A stretch of 17,499 nucleotides of DNA from Myxococcota bacterium (GTDB lineage: Bacteria; Myxococcota_A; UBA796; SXON01). Below the pieces are notes generated by a model that did no database searches, was not told the origin of the DNA, and saw only the letters and a list, made by a program, of their open reading frames with translations. This document shows positions 1 through 7,015 of this stretch, piece by piece. The first letter of the stretch is position 1; every line of letters begins with the position of its first letter. The position numbers were made by a program, and so were the translations under genes. Location: assembly GCA_040386535.1 (NCBI GenBank), contig JAZKFH010000083.1, positions 1 through 17,499 of the forward strand, written 5' to 3'.

Positions 1-9
1 CGCCCGGGC

Positions 10-35
10 CAGTTCCGCCGTCCCCGGCGGAACTG
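10..35. repeat. Perfect inverted repeat / hairpin (11-bp stem, 4-nt loop)
   Basis: CAGTTCCGCCG (10-20), loop TCCC, CGGCGGAACTG (25-35). No U-tract on either side, so function is unknown. Confidence 0.7.
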
Positions 36-129
36 AGCAGCACATCGGCCAGTTCTGGGACGGGGCGACGTTCGCTTGGGCTGGGATGTCAACCCCTCGA
101 GCTGCCGATCGTCGCGAGGATGCCAGGGT

Positions 130-443
130 GCCGTCTTCGAGGCGCGCGCGCAAGCGAACAGTCCGACGCCACCGCCGCGGGGGAGGGAGCAGCCCACCCT
201 TGCGGAGAAGCCGTCTTCGACGCGCGCGTGTGCGAGCAGCCCGACTCCACCGCCTCGGGGAGGGGATACAAGCCCATCGCGCAGAGAGAGCCAAGAGGCC
301 GCGTTCGGCGCGGGCGCCTGTGAGTCGCCCGACACCCGTCGCGAGCGCGGGATCCCCGCCGAACTGAACAGGTTAGCGGAGGGGCCGTCTTCGGCGCGCA
401 TGTGTGCGATCAGCCTGACCCTACCGCCGCGAGCGCAGGATCC
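130..443. repeat. Four degenerate direct repeats, period ~80-88 bp, probably non-coding
   Basis: Copies start near 130, 210, 298 and 384. Core is roughly GCCGTCTTCGnCGCGCGnGTGTGCGAnCAGCCCGACnCCACCGCCGCG. Spacings of 80, 88 and 86 nt are not multiples of 3. Copy 3 is the most diverged. Confidence 0.7.
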
Positions 444-592
444 GGCAGGCGAGAGGACGCCGGCGCCCACCCGCGCGCCGATTCGAGACCCGGACGGGGA
501 GGGAGCGACAAGGCGTGTTGGGGGCTCGTAAGTGCGAGGAGGCGGTTGCTCCGTAAACGCGCAACGGCTACGTTTGGCTCGTTGGAGTCCTC

Positions 593-856
593 ATGATGCG
601 ATGGTTCCTCCTCGTCGCGATGGGATGTGAACCGGCCGAGCAGCCGGAAGCTCCCCCCGACTACTTCGAGACGTGCCGAGGATCAGGAGACAGCTCACCC
701 GATTGTCCGAGCGGGCTGATCTGTGCTGAGGTCACGAGCGCCAGCTACACCACCGTGTGTACGTACGCGTGTGAAGACGATATCGAGTGTCCTGCGCCCG
801 TGTACGGCTTCCCGAGCGAATGCATCGACCGACTGTGCACCATCACAGAAGAGTGA
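593..856 (+). CDS. Small Cys-rich putative lipoprotein (87 aa)
   Basis: GGAG just upstream of ATG. Short signal MMRWFLLVAMGC ends in a lipobox-like Cys, followed by 8 more Cys (CPSGLIC, CTYACEDDIEC). The pattern is typical of myxobacterial disulfide-rich surface proteins. Confidence 0.75.
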   Translation: MMRWFLLVAMGCEPAEQPEAPPDYFETCRGSGDSSPDCPSGLICAEVTSASYTTVCTYACEDDIECPAPVYGFPSECIDRLCTITEE

Positions 857-862
857 GATGGT

Positions 863-1237
863 TTATCTGGCGCCATCGGCCACGGCGCAGTCCACGATGC
901 ACTTCGTGAATCCCTCGTAGGTGGTGCAGGTCGTGTGGCAGTACGGACACTCCTCGTCACGCCAGGCGTCGAACGTTACCCGGCTCACGCACGCATAGCA
1001 GGTCGGCGTTCTGACGTACTCGGGGGGACACACTCCGTTCACGCATTTGACGAAGACGTAGTCGTTGGGGTGGTACGGCACGCCTTCGCAGAGCGGTAGC
1101 TCGGGCCGTGGCTCGGGATCGACCAGGCACGCGTCTGGAGGGTCGGTCAGCGACAGCGGAGAGCCCACCGGGCACGGCCCCGGGCCGCACGCAGCGAACG
1201 GCGCAGCCAGCAGAGCGACGAGAAGCGCGCTGCGCAC
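863..1237 (-). CDS. Small Cys-rich putative lipoprotein (~124 aa)
   Basis: C-terminal part of track ORF 863..1495. GTG at 1237 gives MRSALLVALLAAPFAAC (signal peptide plus lipobox-like FAAC) and 12 further Cys. Start is uncertain: alternative GTG at 1273 and no clear RBS. Confidence 0.65.
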   Translation of the reverse strand: MRSALLVALLAAPFAACGPGPCPVGSPLSLTDPPDACLVDPEPRPELPLCEGVPYHPNDYVFVKCVNGVCPPEYVRTPTCYACVSRVTFDAWRDEECPYCHTTCTTYEGFTKCIVDCAVADGAR

Positions 1238-1496
1238 GGACAGGAACGGGCGATCGGACTCGGCGAAGATCACGGAATGGTGCGCTCGCAGAATGCATAA
1301 CCGTCCGGCGGGTCGGATTGCCAGCGCGGGATTTCGAGCACACCGGCGGAGTTCGGATCCCGATCGCTGACCACGCACATCCGGAGGCGTCCTCGCATCA
1401 CCAGCGCTGTGTCGATCCCCACGGGGCCCGGTTCGCGGCGAGCATGTCGCGGCGGTACGGGGGTCCCCGAGAACCCTGACCTGGGCCTGGATCATT

Positions 1497-1513
1497 CGCG
1501 TGTGTCACACGCG
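1497..1513. promoter_or_regulatory. 17-bp palindrome, possible protein-binding site
   Basis: CGCGTGTG-T-CACACGCG with 8-bp perfect arms, in intergenic DNA. Function is inferred only. Confidence 0.35.
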
Positions 1514-1722
1514 TCTCGACCCGTAGGGCCTAGTGGTTGACAACTTGGAGTTGACCTGATCAGCAAGAGCCGACGGTCGTGTTTGGCGCACCGGTACTGT
1601 CGTTCCCGAGTCCCGTGCCTACACCAGAAAGAAGCTCGCAAAGCGAATGTCGCCCTGTCCCAGAACTACCTGACTGCTGAAGCTCTTCCTCGTCTAGTAC
1701 CATTATGCGTACCTGATCGGCC

Positions 1723-1755
1723 AAAAAATGGCCGCCGAGCTCCGAAGAGCTTGGC
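1723..1755 (-). terminator. Candidate intrinsic terminator of the minus-strand operon
   Basis: Minus strand reads GCCAAGCTC-TTCG-GAGCTCGGC-GGCCA-TTTTTT: 9-bp stem with one mismatch, C(UUCG)G tetraloop, and U6 five nt later. It lies ~70 nt after the last stop codon at 1827. Confidence 0.55.
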
Positions 1756-1826
1756 TCCGCACGGCTTTGCCACACGCCCCGCGCGGCTGTGGATCCGGGG
1801 GGGCGAAGTGGAGTGACCTGCTGACG

Positions 1827-4565
1827 TTACGTCCCAAAGGCGGCGCGCACCAGGTCCACGAGTTGTACCCGGCGCCTTCCGAGGAACGCCTCGACGTACG
1901 CCCTGTCGACCCCGTCCGGTGGGGACGCCCGCATGTTCGCCGCGGCAGCATCGAAGATGCGGTCCGCGACGCTCGCGTTGCGCGCTCCGTGCCGTGCGCG
2001 GTCGATGGCGTCCTTCAGCCGGGTCGTCGGGTGGCCCACCCGCCGCCCCCTGGTTGGCTCCACGCCCGGCATGGTCACGAGCTGGTGCAGCTCCTCCAGC
2101 TCGATCACCGGGGCCACCTCCACCACGGCGTCCGTCAGCGCCTCGAGGTGGGCGCCGAGGGCGATGTGCCGCGGCGTGCTCGCCGGCCGGGCATGGATGG
2201 CGTTCCAGGCGTCGAGCCACTCGCGCAGCGTGGACCATCGCACCCGCGTGCCTGGCGTGGTCCTCGGGCCCGCCTCACGCTCGAGCGCCACGACCCGCCG
2301 CTTCTCCAACGCCAGGGCCTCCCGCGCCGCCGCGAGCTGCTTCTCCAGCTTCGCTACCCGCCTCCCCTCCCCGCTCTCCCGCTCCCCGATCTTCAGCAGC
2401 TTCGACACCAGCACGGTGATCGCCGGCAATAGGTGCGCCGTCGCCGCTCCGAGGTCCTCCCGGCGGGCAATGAATTCTTCGTCGTGCCCGTCCCCCATCT
2501 TCCCGTCGATGTGGGTGAGTTCGTGGACCGCCACGCCGTGCAGGAACGCCGCGACGGCGAGGGGCCGCTCGCGATGCGCCTTCACCACCTGGGCCATCCG
2601 GTCGGGATGAATGAACACGAACCGCTTGCCGCCGGGCCGCTCGACCGCCTCGCCGACGACGTTGTCGTCGAGCACGAACCCCGGGCGGAACGTCCGCCGG
2701 ATGCGGGCCTCTGACGCGACGAGCCGCAGAGTCCCGTCCCAGGCGAGCAGGAACGGCACCCACTTCGCGTACCCCTTCTTGAAGCGGTACGCGCGTTGCC
2801 GGTCGTAGGTTTTCTTCGAGATCCGGATCCCGGCGAACTTGCCGAAGGGGTTGCGGACACGCCGCCCCTCCGCCCGATCCATGCTCTTCGCCCACGCTGG
2901 CGTGAGCGCCTCAAGGGCGCCATGCGCCTTCGAGACGGAGACCGCCTGCATGAGCCCGCCGCCGCCGGGCGCCAGGGCGGCCTCGGCCGCGCGGTCGATG
3001 GCGGCCTCGACCGCTTGGGTCTGCCAGCCGTCGAGCTGCTGCCCGGCCTCTGCGCGCCGGAGCGCCTGGTCGACCTGCTCCGTGACGATCACCGTGCGGA
3101 CGCCGCCTGCGGCCCTGCCCGCGTCATCGGCTCCCGTGAGCACGGCGCGGAGCACCTTCGCGGCGGCCACGTCCGACGGGGCCTCGATGTCCGCCTCCAC
3201 GGGCGACTCCGCGGCCGCTGTGATGCCGGCGGGGAGCACCCAGGTCCGCTCCGGGGCGTCGCCGTCGGTGACCGCCTTCGTCCCGCGCGGGGCCACGGAC
3301 GCGACCGGCTCCTCCATCGACGCGTACTTCGCCTGCTCGCCGTAGAAGTCGGCGATGCCGCCCGCGGCCTCGGCGATCGCGCGGCGCACGTCGACATCGG
3401 CGAAGGCCTCGGCCATCTGGTCGGCGATCTCCTGTCCGCCGCCGTCTGCATCGTCCTCGGCGTCGATGAACTCGTCCTCCTCCGACCGTCCGACGGACTC
3501 GTTTTCACGCTCCACCTCATCGACGAGGTCGGAGAAGGTCCACGACGCCTGGTCCTGCAAACCATCGCGGGCGGCGTTGAACGGGTAGCCGCGCTGGCCT
3601 GGGCGCACCGTGGTCGAGAGGTCGACGATCACGTCGGCTTTGAGGCCCCCGCGCTGCGCCGGCGCCTTCACCTGGAACAGGCCGCCCAGGCGCAAGTAGT
3701 AGGCGCCACCGCGGTCGCCGGGCGCCCGGCGATAGGCCTTGACCGCTGCCGTCGTGCCTTCGCCCCACGAGCCCTCGACGGCCACCCGAGCGCCGCCGCG
3801 CCGGCTGAACATCGGCTTCACCTCCACGCCGTCGAAGAGCAGCGTGAAGGTGGGGAGGTCGTTGGCGGCGAGGAGCTCGCGGAGGCGGTCCTCGAGGCCG
3901 ACATAGACGCCCCGCGCGCGATCCCAGTACCGAACGGAGTCGGGGTCGATGTCGAACACGGTCAGGCGCGTCCCCTGGCGGGCGGGCGCGTCGTAGACCT
4001 GCACCTCCTCGCCGGCGCCGTTGCCGACCGCGAGGTTGTCCCGCGTGTGCATCTCCCAGCGGAAGGAGCGGCTCGCGCCGAGGATGACCGCTTTCGCCAC
4101 CCCGAAGCCGCCCGCGGCCTCCCCCGAGTCGGTAGCATCTCGCTTACCGCTCTCCCCGATGCTCAAGAACTTGTCGATGATCGTGGCGGCGTCCATGCCG
4201 ATGCCATTGTCGTCAAAGGTGAGCGCGCGCTGCCCCGCGTCCCACGAGACGGCGAAGCGGCCCTCCTCCGCCTTGATCTGGCGTGCGCGGACGGCGGCCC
4301 GGCACGCGTCGATCGAGTTCTGCAGCGCCTCTCGGGTCGCCAGCCACGGCAGATCGCCCGACTTGTAGACCGCCTTGGTGAAGTAGGACCAGAGGACGGC
4401 CACGTTCGCGGACGGACGGCCGGACGCCTTCGCCGCCATCGCCTCGCGCACCTCCGCGACGCCGCCGAGCTCGCGACGGAGGGCCGCGCGATCGATGCGG
4501 AGGCGCCCGGTCAGCTTGGGCGTGGAGCCGGGGGCCGGCATGGATTGGGAGCAGGGGCAGGTCAT
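1827..4565 (-). CDS. GHKL (Hsp90/MutL/MORC-type) ATPase fused to a zincin-like HEXXH metallopeptidase domain, coiled coil and C-terminal module (912 aa)
   Basis: GHKL boxes REALQNSIDA, FDDNGIGMD, FLSIGESGK, GGFGVAK and GTRLTV. VAVHELTHIDGKMGDGHDEEF (HELTH at 2511-2525). Coiled coil RRVAKLEKQLAAAREALALEKRRVVALE. ATG overlaps the upstream stop (ATGA). Confidence 0.85.
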   Translation of the reverse strand: MTCPCSQSMPAPGSTPKLTGRLRIDRAALRRELGGVAEVREAMAAKASGRPSANVAVLWSYFTKAVYKSGDLPWLATREALQNSIDACRAAVRARQIKAEEGRFAVSWDAGQRALTFDDNGIGMDAATIIDKFLSIGESGKRDATDSGEAAGGFGVAKAVILGASRSFRWEMHTRDNLAVGNGAGEEVQVYDAPARQGTRLTVFDIDPDSVRYWDRARGVYVGLEDRLRELLAANDLPTFTLLFDGVEVKPMFSRRGGARVAVEGSWGEGTTAAVKAYRRAPGDRGGAYYLRLGGLFQVKAPAQRGGLKADVIVDLSTTVRPGQRGYPFNAARDGLQDQASWTFSDLVDEVERENESVGRSEEDEFIDAEDDADGGGQEIADQMAEAFADVDVRRAIAEAAGGIADFYGEQAKYASMEEPVASVAPRGTKAVTDGDAPERTWVLPAGITAAAESPVEADIEAPSDVAAAKVLRAVLTGADDAGRAAGGVRTVIVTEQVDQALRRAEAGQQLDGWQTQAVEAAIDRAAEAALAPGGGGLMQAVSVSKAHGALEALTPAWAKSMDRAEGRRVRNPFGKFAGIRISKKTYDRQRAYRFKKGYAKWVPFLLAWDGTLRLVASEARIRRTFRPGFVLDDNVVGEAVERPGGKRFVFIHPDRMAQVVKAHRERPLAVAAFLHGVAVHELTHIDGKMGDGHDEEFIARREDLGAATAHLLPAITVLVSKLLKIGERESGEGRRVAKLEKQLAAAREALALEKRRVVALEREAGPRTTPGTRVRWSTLREWLDAWNAIHARPASTPRHIALGAHLEALTDAVVEVAPVIELEELHQLVTMPGVEPTRGRRVGHPTTRLKDAIDRARHGARNASVADRIFDAAAANMRASPPDGVDRAYVEAFLGRRRVQLVDLVRAAFGT

Positions 4566-5701
4566 GGAGCGGCTCCGAGATGGGCGGGTACGGTGAGACG
4601 GTTGCGACGGAGGGCCCCGGCGAGCGCGGTGGCATCCACGTTGGCGTCACGCAGAGCTGTCCACGCCCGGTGCGCGCCCGCGACGACGCGACCGGCGGCC
4701 TCGGCCATCGCGGGCGGAACGGCGTTGCCGACCTGGACGTAGCGGTCGTGGACGGTGCCCTGGAGCGGCCAGTCGTCCGGGAAGCCCTGGAGCCGAAGGC
4801 CCTCGCCCACGTCAATTCGTCGGATGCCGGCGACGAGGAAGGCGGCGTCGCTCGCGCGATCGGGGCCGCCGTTGAACGTCCACCCGGCCGCGCCGTTTGC
4901 GCGCGTGCCCTTCTCGTCCGTGGTCATGACCGTGGGTGCGGGCGCGTCGAGCCGCCACGGCTGGGAGCAGGCGCGGCCGTGCTCCTCGTCGCAGGGGTAG
5001 CAGGCGCGACGGTCGCAGGAGGCGCGGTTGAGCGTGTCGCCAATCGCCTCGCCCATCGTCACCCAGGGGCGCAGGCCAAGGCGCTCGGCGGCATCGCGGT
5101 GGGCGTGGGACGGCGCGGGTCCGTCGGGATCGAGCGGGAGCGGGCCCGCCCAGAGGAGCAGGCGCCGTCGGCGTTGAGGAACGCCGTAGTCGGCGGCGTC
5201 GAGGCGCCACGCGCCGGTGAACGGGAAGCGCCGGGCGAGCTCGCCGGTCAGGCGGTCCAGGTGGCAGGCCGGGCAGGCGTGCGCCGTGCCGCCACAGACC
5301 TCGGCGTGGTAGGTCCAGCCGAGGACGTTCTCGGCGAGGAACCAGGTGGGGCGGCAGGCGTCGATGGCGTCCAGGGTCGCCGGCCACCCGTCGCGGTCAT
5401 CGGCGGCGCCGAGGCGGGCACCGGCGGTGCTCCCGGGCTGGCACGGGGGCGACGCCCAGAGGAGATCGACGCGGTCGCGGAAGGGGGCGTAGTCCACGGC
5501 GCGCACGTCGGCCTCGATGGCGGGGAGGCCGGCGGAACGGAGGGTGGCGGCGGCCGAGGGGTTGCGTTCGACGCAGGCGAGGTGCGCGAAGCGCGCGCGC
5601 TCGAGCCCCAAAGCTGCGCCGCCCGCGCCCGCGAACAGCTCGAGCACCCGCGCCGTCACGGGGGACGGGACGGGCAGGGCTGTTCGCGGGAGGGGAGACA
5701 T
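4562..5701 (-). CDS. DNA (cytosine-5)-methyltransferase (379 aa)
   Basis: Ordered C5-MTase motifs: I LELFAGAGG, IV ASPPCQ, VI AENV, VIII YGVPQRRRR, IX RLQGFPDDW, X QVGNAVPP. Confidence 0.95.
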   Translation of the reverse strand: MSPLPRTALPVPSPVTARVLELFAGAGGAALGLERARFAHLACVERNPSAAATLRSAGLPAIEADVRAVDYAPFRDRVDLLWASPPCQPGSTAGARLGAADDRDGWPATLDAIDACRPTWFLAENVLGWTYHAEVCGGTAHACPACHLDRLTGELARRFPFTGAWRLDAADYGVPQRRRRLLLWAGPLPLDPDGPAPSHAHRDAAERLGLRPWVTMGEAIGDTLNRASCDRRACYPCDEEHGRACSQPWRLDAPAPTVMTTDEKGTRANGAAGWTFNGGPDRASDAAFLVAGIRRIDVGEGLRLQGFPDDWPLQGTVHDRYVQVGNAVPPAMAEAAGRVVAGAHRAWTALRDANVDATALAGALRRNRLTVPAHLGAAP

Positions 5702-5717
5702 GCGGGTCGAAGAATGC

Positions 5718-6011
5718 TCAGGCGTGGACGGTGGGCGCGGGGCGCGCGATCCGCCCGACGCCCGGCCCCTGGAAGTGCAGCGACCAGACGACCTCGATGA
5801 GGAAGTCCACCAGCGCCTCCTTCAGCGGGTTCTCGATCCAGTCGGGCACCTTCGGAACGTCGACGCTGCGGAGGGCGTCGAGCATCGCGGCGCGGACCCA
5901 GCGCTTCTTGGCGACGCCGGTGCCGGGGCCGAAGAGGTCCTCGGCGATGCCCATGAGGCGCTGGAGCGAGGGGAGGAGCCACGAGGGGAGCTTGATGCTG
6001 GAGAGGTCCAT
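5718..6011 (-). CDS. Small protein, possibly holin-like or membrane-associated (97 aa)
   Basis: The real gene is the 3' end of track ORF 5718..7376, starting MDLSSIKLPSW at ATG 6011. It fills the gap between the lysozyme-like gene and the MTase. AEDLFGPGTGVAKKRWV recalls the E..G.G.G..K segment of LL-H-type holins. No strong TM helix, so function is uncertain. Confidence 0.55.
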   Translation of the reverse strand: MDLSSIKLPSWLLPSLQRLMGIAEDLFGPGTGVAKKRWVRAAMLDALRSVDVPKVPDWIENPLKEALVDFLIEVVWSLHFQGPGVGRIARPAPTVHA

Positions 6012-6049
6012 GTTGGTTGCCTTGGCTTGGGTGAGCGCTGAGAGTTGGA

Positions 6050-7015
6050 TCAGGCGGCGAGCGAGCCCGGGAGCGCGACCGGCGCGTCCCGGAGCGTGGG
6101 GTCGGTGAGGATGTCGCTCGACCGCTTCGTGATGAGGTCGTAGAGGCTCCACGGCTTCGCCGGGGGGCCGGTGACGGCGTGCCAGACGCCGGTGACGCCC
6201 ACCCGGCGCGAGCGGAAGGCCCCGACGCCGAGTTCGGACCACTCCGACGTCACCGGCGACCACCAGACGTTTCCGTCGGCGTTGTAGTTGCGACGCTCCG
6301 GCGCGGTTGTGCGGCGGAACTTCGCGGCGCACGTCCAGGCGTACTGCGCGACCACGTCGAGGGACGCGGCCGGGCGCCGGCGAGGGTCCTCGGCATACCA
6401 GGCCACGAGCCGTCGGGCGGGACCGAGCGCGCCAGACGCGCCCTGGTGGACGGTGCGGTTGTAGTACAGGACCATCGCCCGCTCGGTCGAGACGCCGAGC
6501 AGCCGGGCGATCTCCAACGCGCCCGCCATGTACTCCGACTCGGCCGCGACGCGCGCCTGCACTCGCTGGAACGCGGGCCAGCGCCCCGCCGTGGTGAATC
6601 GGGTCGCCCAGGGGTCGGCCCAGAGGACCACGCCATCGACCGCCTCGAGGCTCGCCCGGCCCGTTACGTCGAGCAGCTTCGCCCAGCTCGCCCCGAAGAA
6701 CCGGGCGAACGCGACCGGGTCCGCGGCAGCCATCGCGCGGAGGAGCCCGCCGAGGGAGCCCGACTTCTGCGTCCACTGGAGGATGCCGTAGCTGACGCCG
6801 TTCCCGTCGAGGTTGCGCTGGACGGACCAGAACTGGCCCTCGTGCTCGCTCGTCTTGCGGAGCAGCGTAGGGATCCAATCGGTGATGAAGCTCTCCACAC
6901 GTTCCTCCAGTTGTTTTGCAGTCCGACGTCCCGACGGCGAGGCGGCCGCGGCGAGCACGAGCAGTCCGATGGCCCCTGCGCCGAGCAGGAGCGGGGTGTT
7001 GTTGGTGCGGCTCAC
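6050..7015 (-). CDS. Membrane-anchored lysozyme/chitosanase-fold glycoside hydrolase, putative peptidoglycan hydrolase (321 aa)
   Basis: GTG at 7015 overlaps the DarB-like stop (GTGA). N-terminal Gly/Ala-rich anchor LLLGAGAIGLLVLAAAAS. SEHEG...NLDGNGVSYGILQWTQKSGSL matches the catalytic Glu plus beta-hairpin signature of lysozyme-like muramidases. Confidence 0.7.
   Translation of the reverse strand: MSRTNNTPLLLGAGAIGLLVLAAAASPSGRRTAKQLEERVESFITDWIPTLLRKTSEHEGQFWSVQRNLDGNGVSYGILQWTQKSGSLGGLLRAMAAADPVAFARFFGASWAKLLDVTGRASLEAVDGVVLWADPWATRFTTAGRWPAFQRVQARVAAESEYMAGALEIARLLGVSTERAMVLYYNRTVHQGASGALGPARRLVAWYAEDPRRRPAASLDVVAQYAWTCAAKFRRTTAPERRNYNADGNVWWSPVTSEWSELGVGAFRSRRVGVTGVWHAVTGPPAKPWSLYDLITKRSSDILTDPTLRDAPVALPGSLAA

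Noticed and set aside
76..531. 151-aa ORF with SPTPPPRG repeats
   Set aside because: TTG start and low complexity. The underlying DNA repeats are out of codon phase, so the peptide repeats are probably a by-product.
1537..1566. Sigma70 promoter from the perfect TTGACA
   Set aside because: No convincing -10 hexamer at 16-18 bp spacing and no credible plus-strand gene downstream.
1560..1816. Short ORFs 1560..1775 (-) and 1583..1816 (+)
   Set aside because: No motifs or clear RBS, they overlap the terminator candidate, and their composition is atypical for this window.
1827..4565. Calling the GHKL protein htpG, mutL or a histidine kinase
   Set aside because: Only the ATPase boxes match. The rest lacks Hsp90, MutL or HisKA architecture.
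2796..4742. 648-aa plus-strand ORF
   Set aside because: Antisense shadow of the GHKL gene. High-GC codon bias removes stops on the opposite strand, and it has no motifs.
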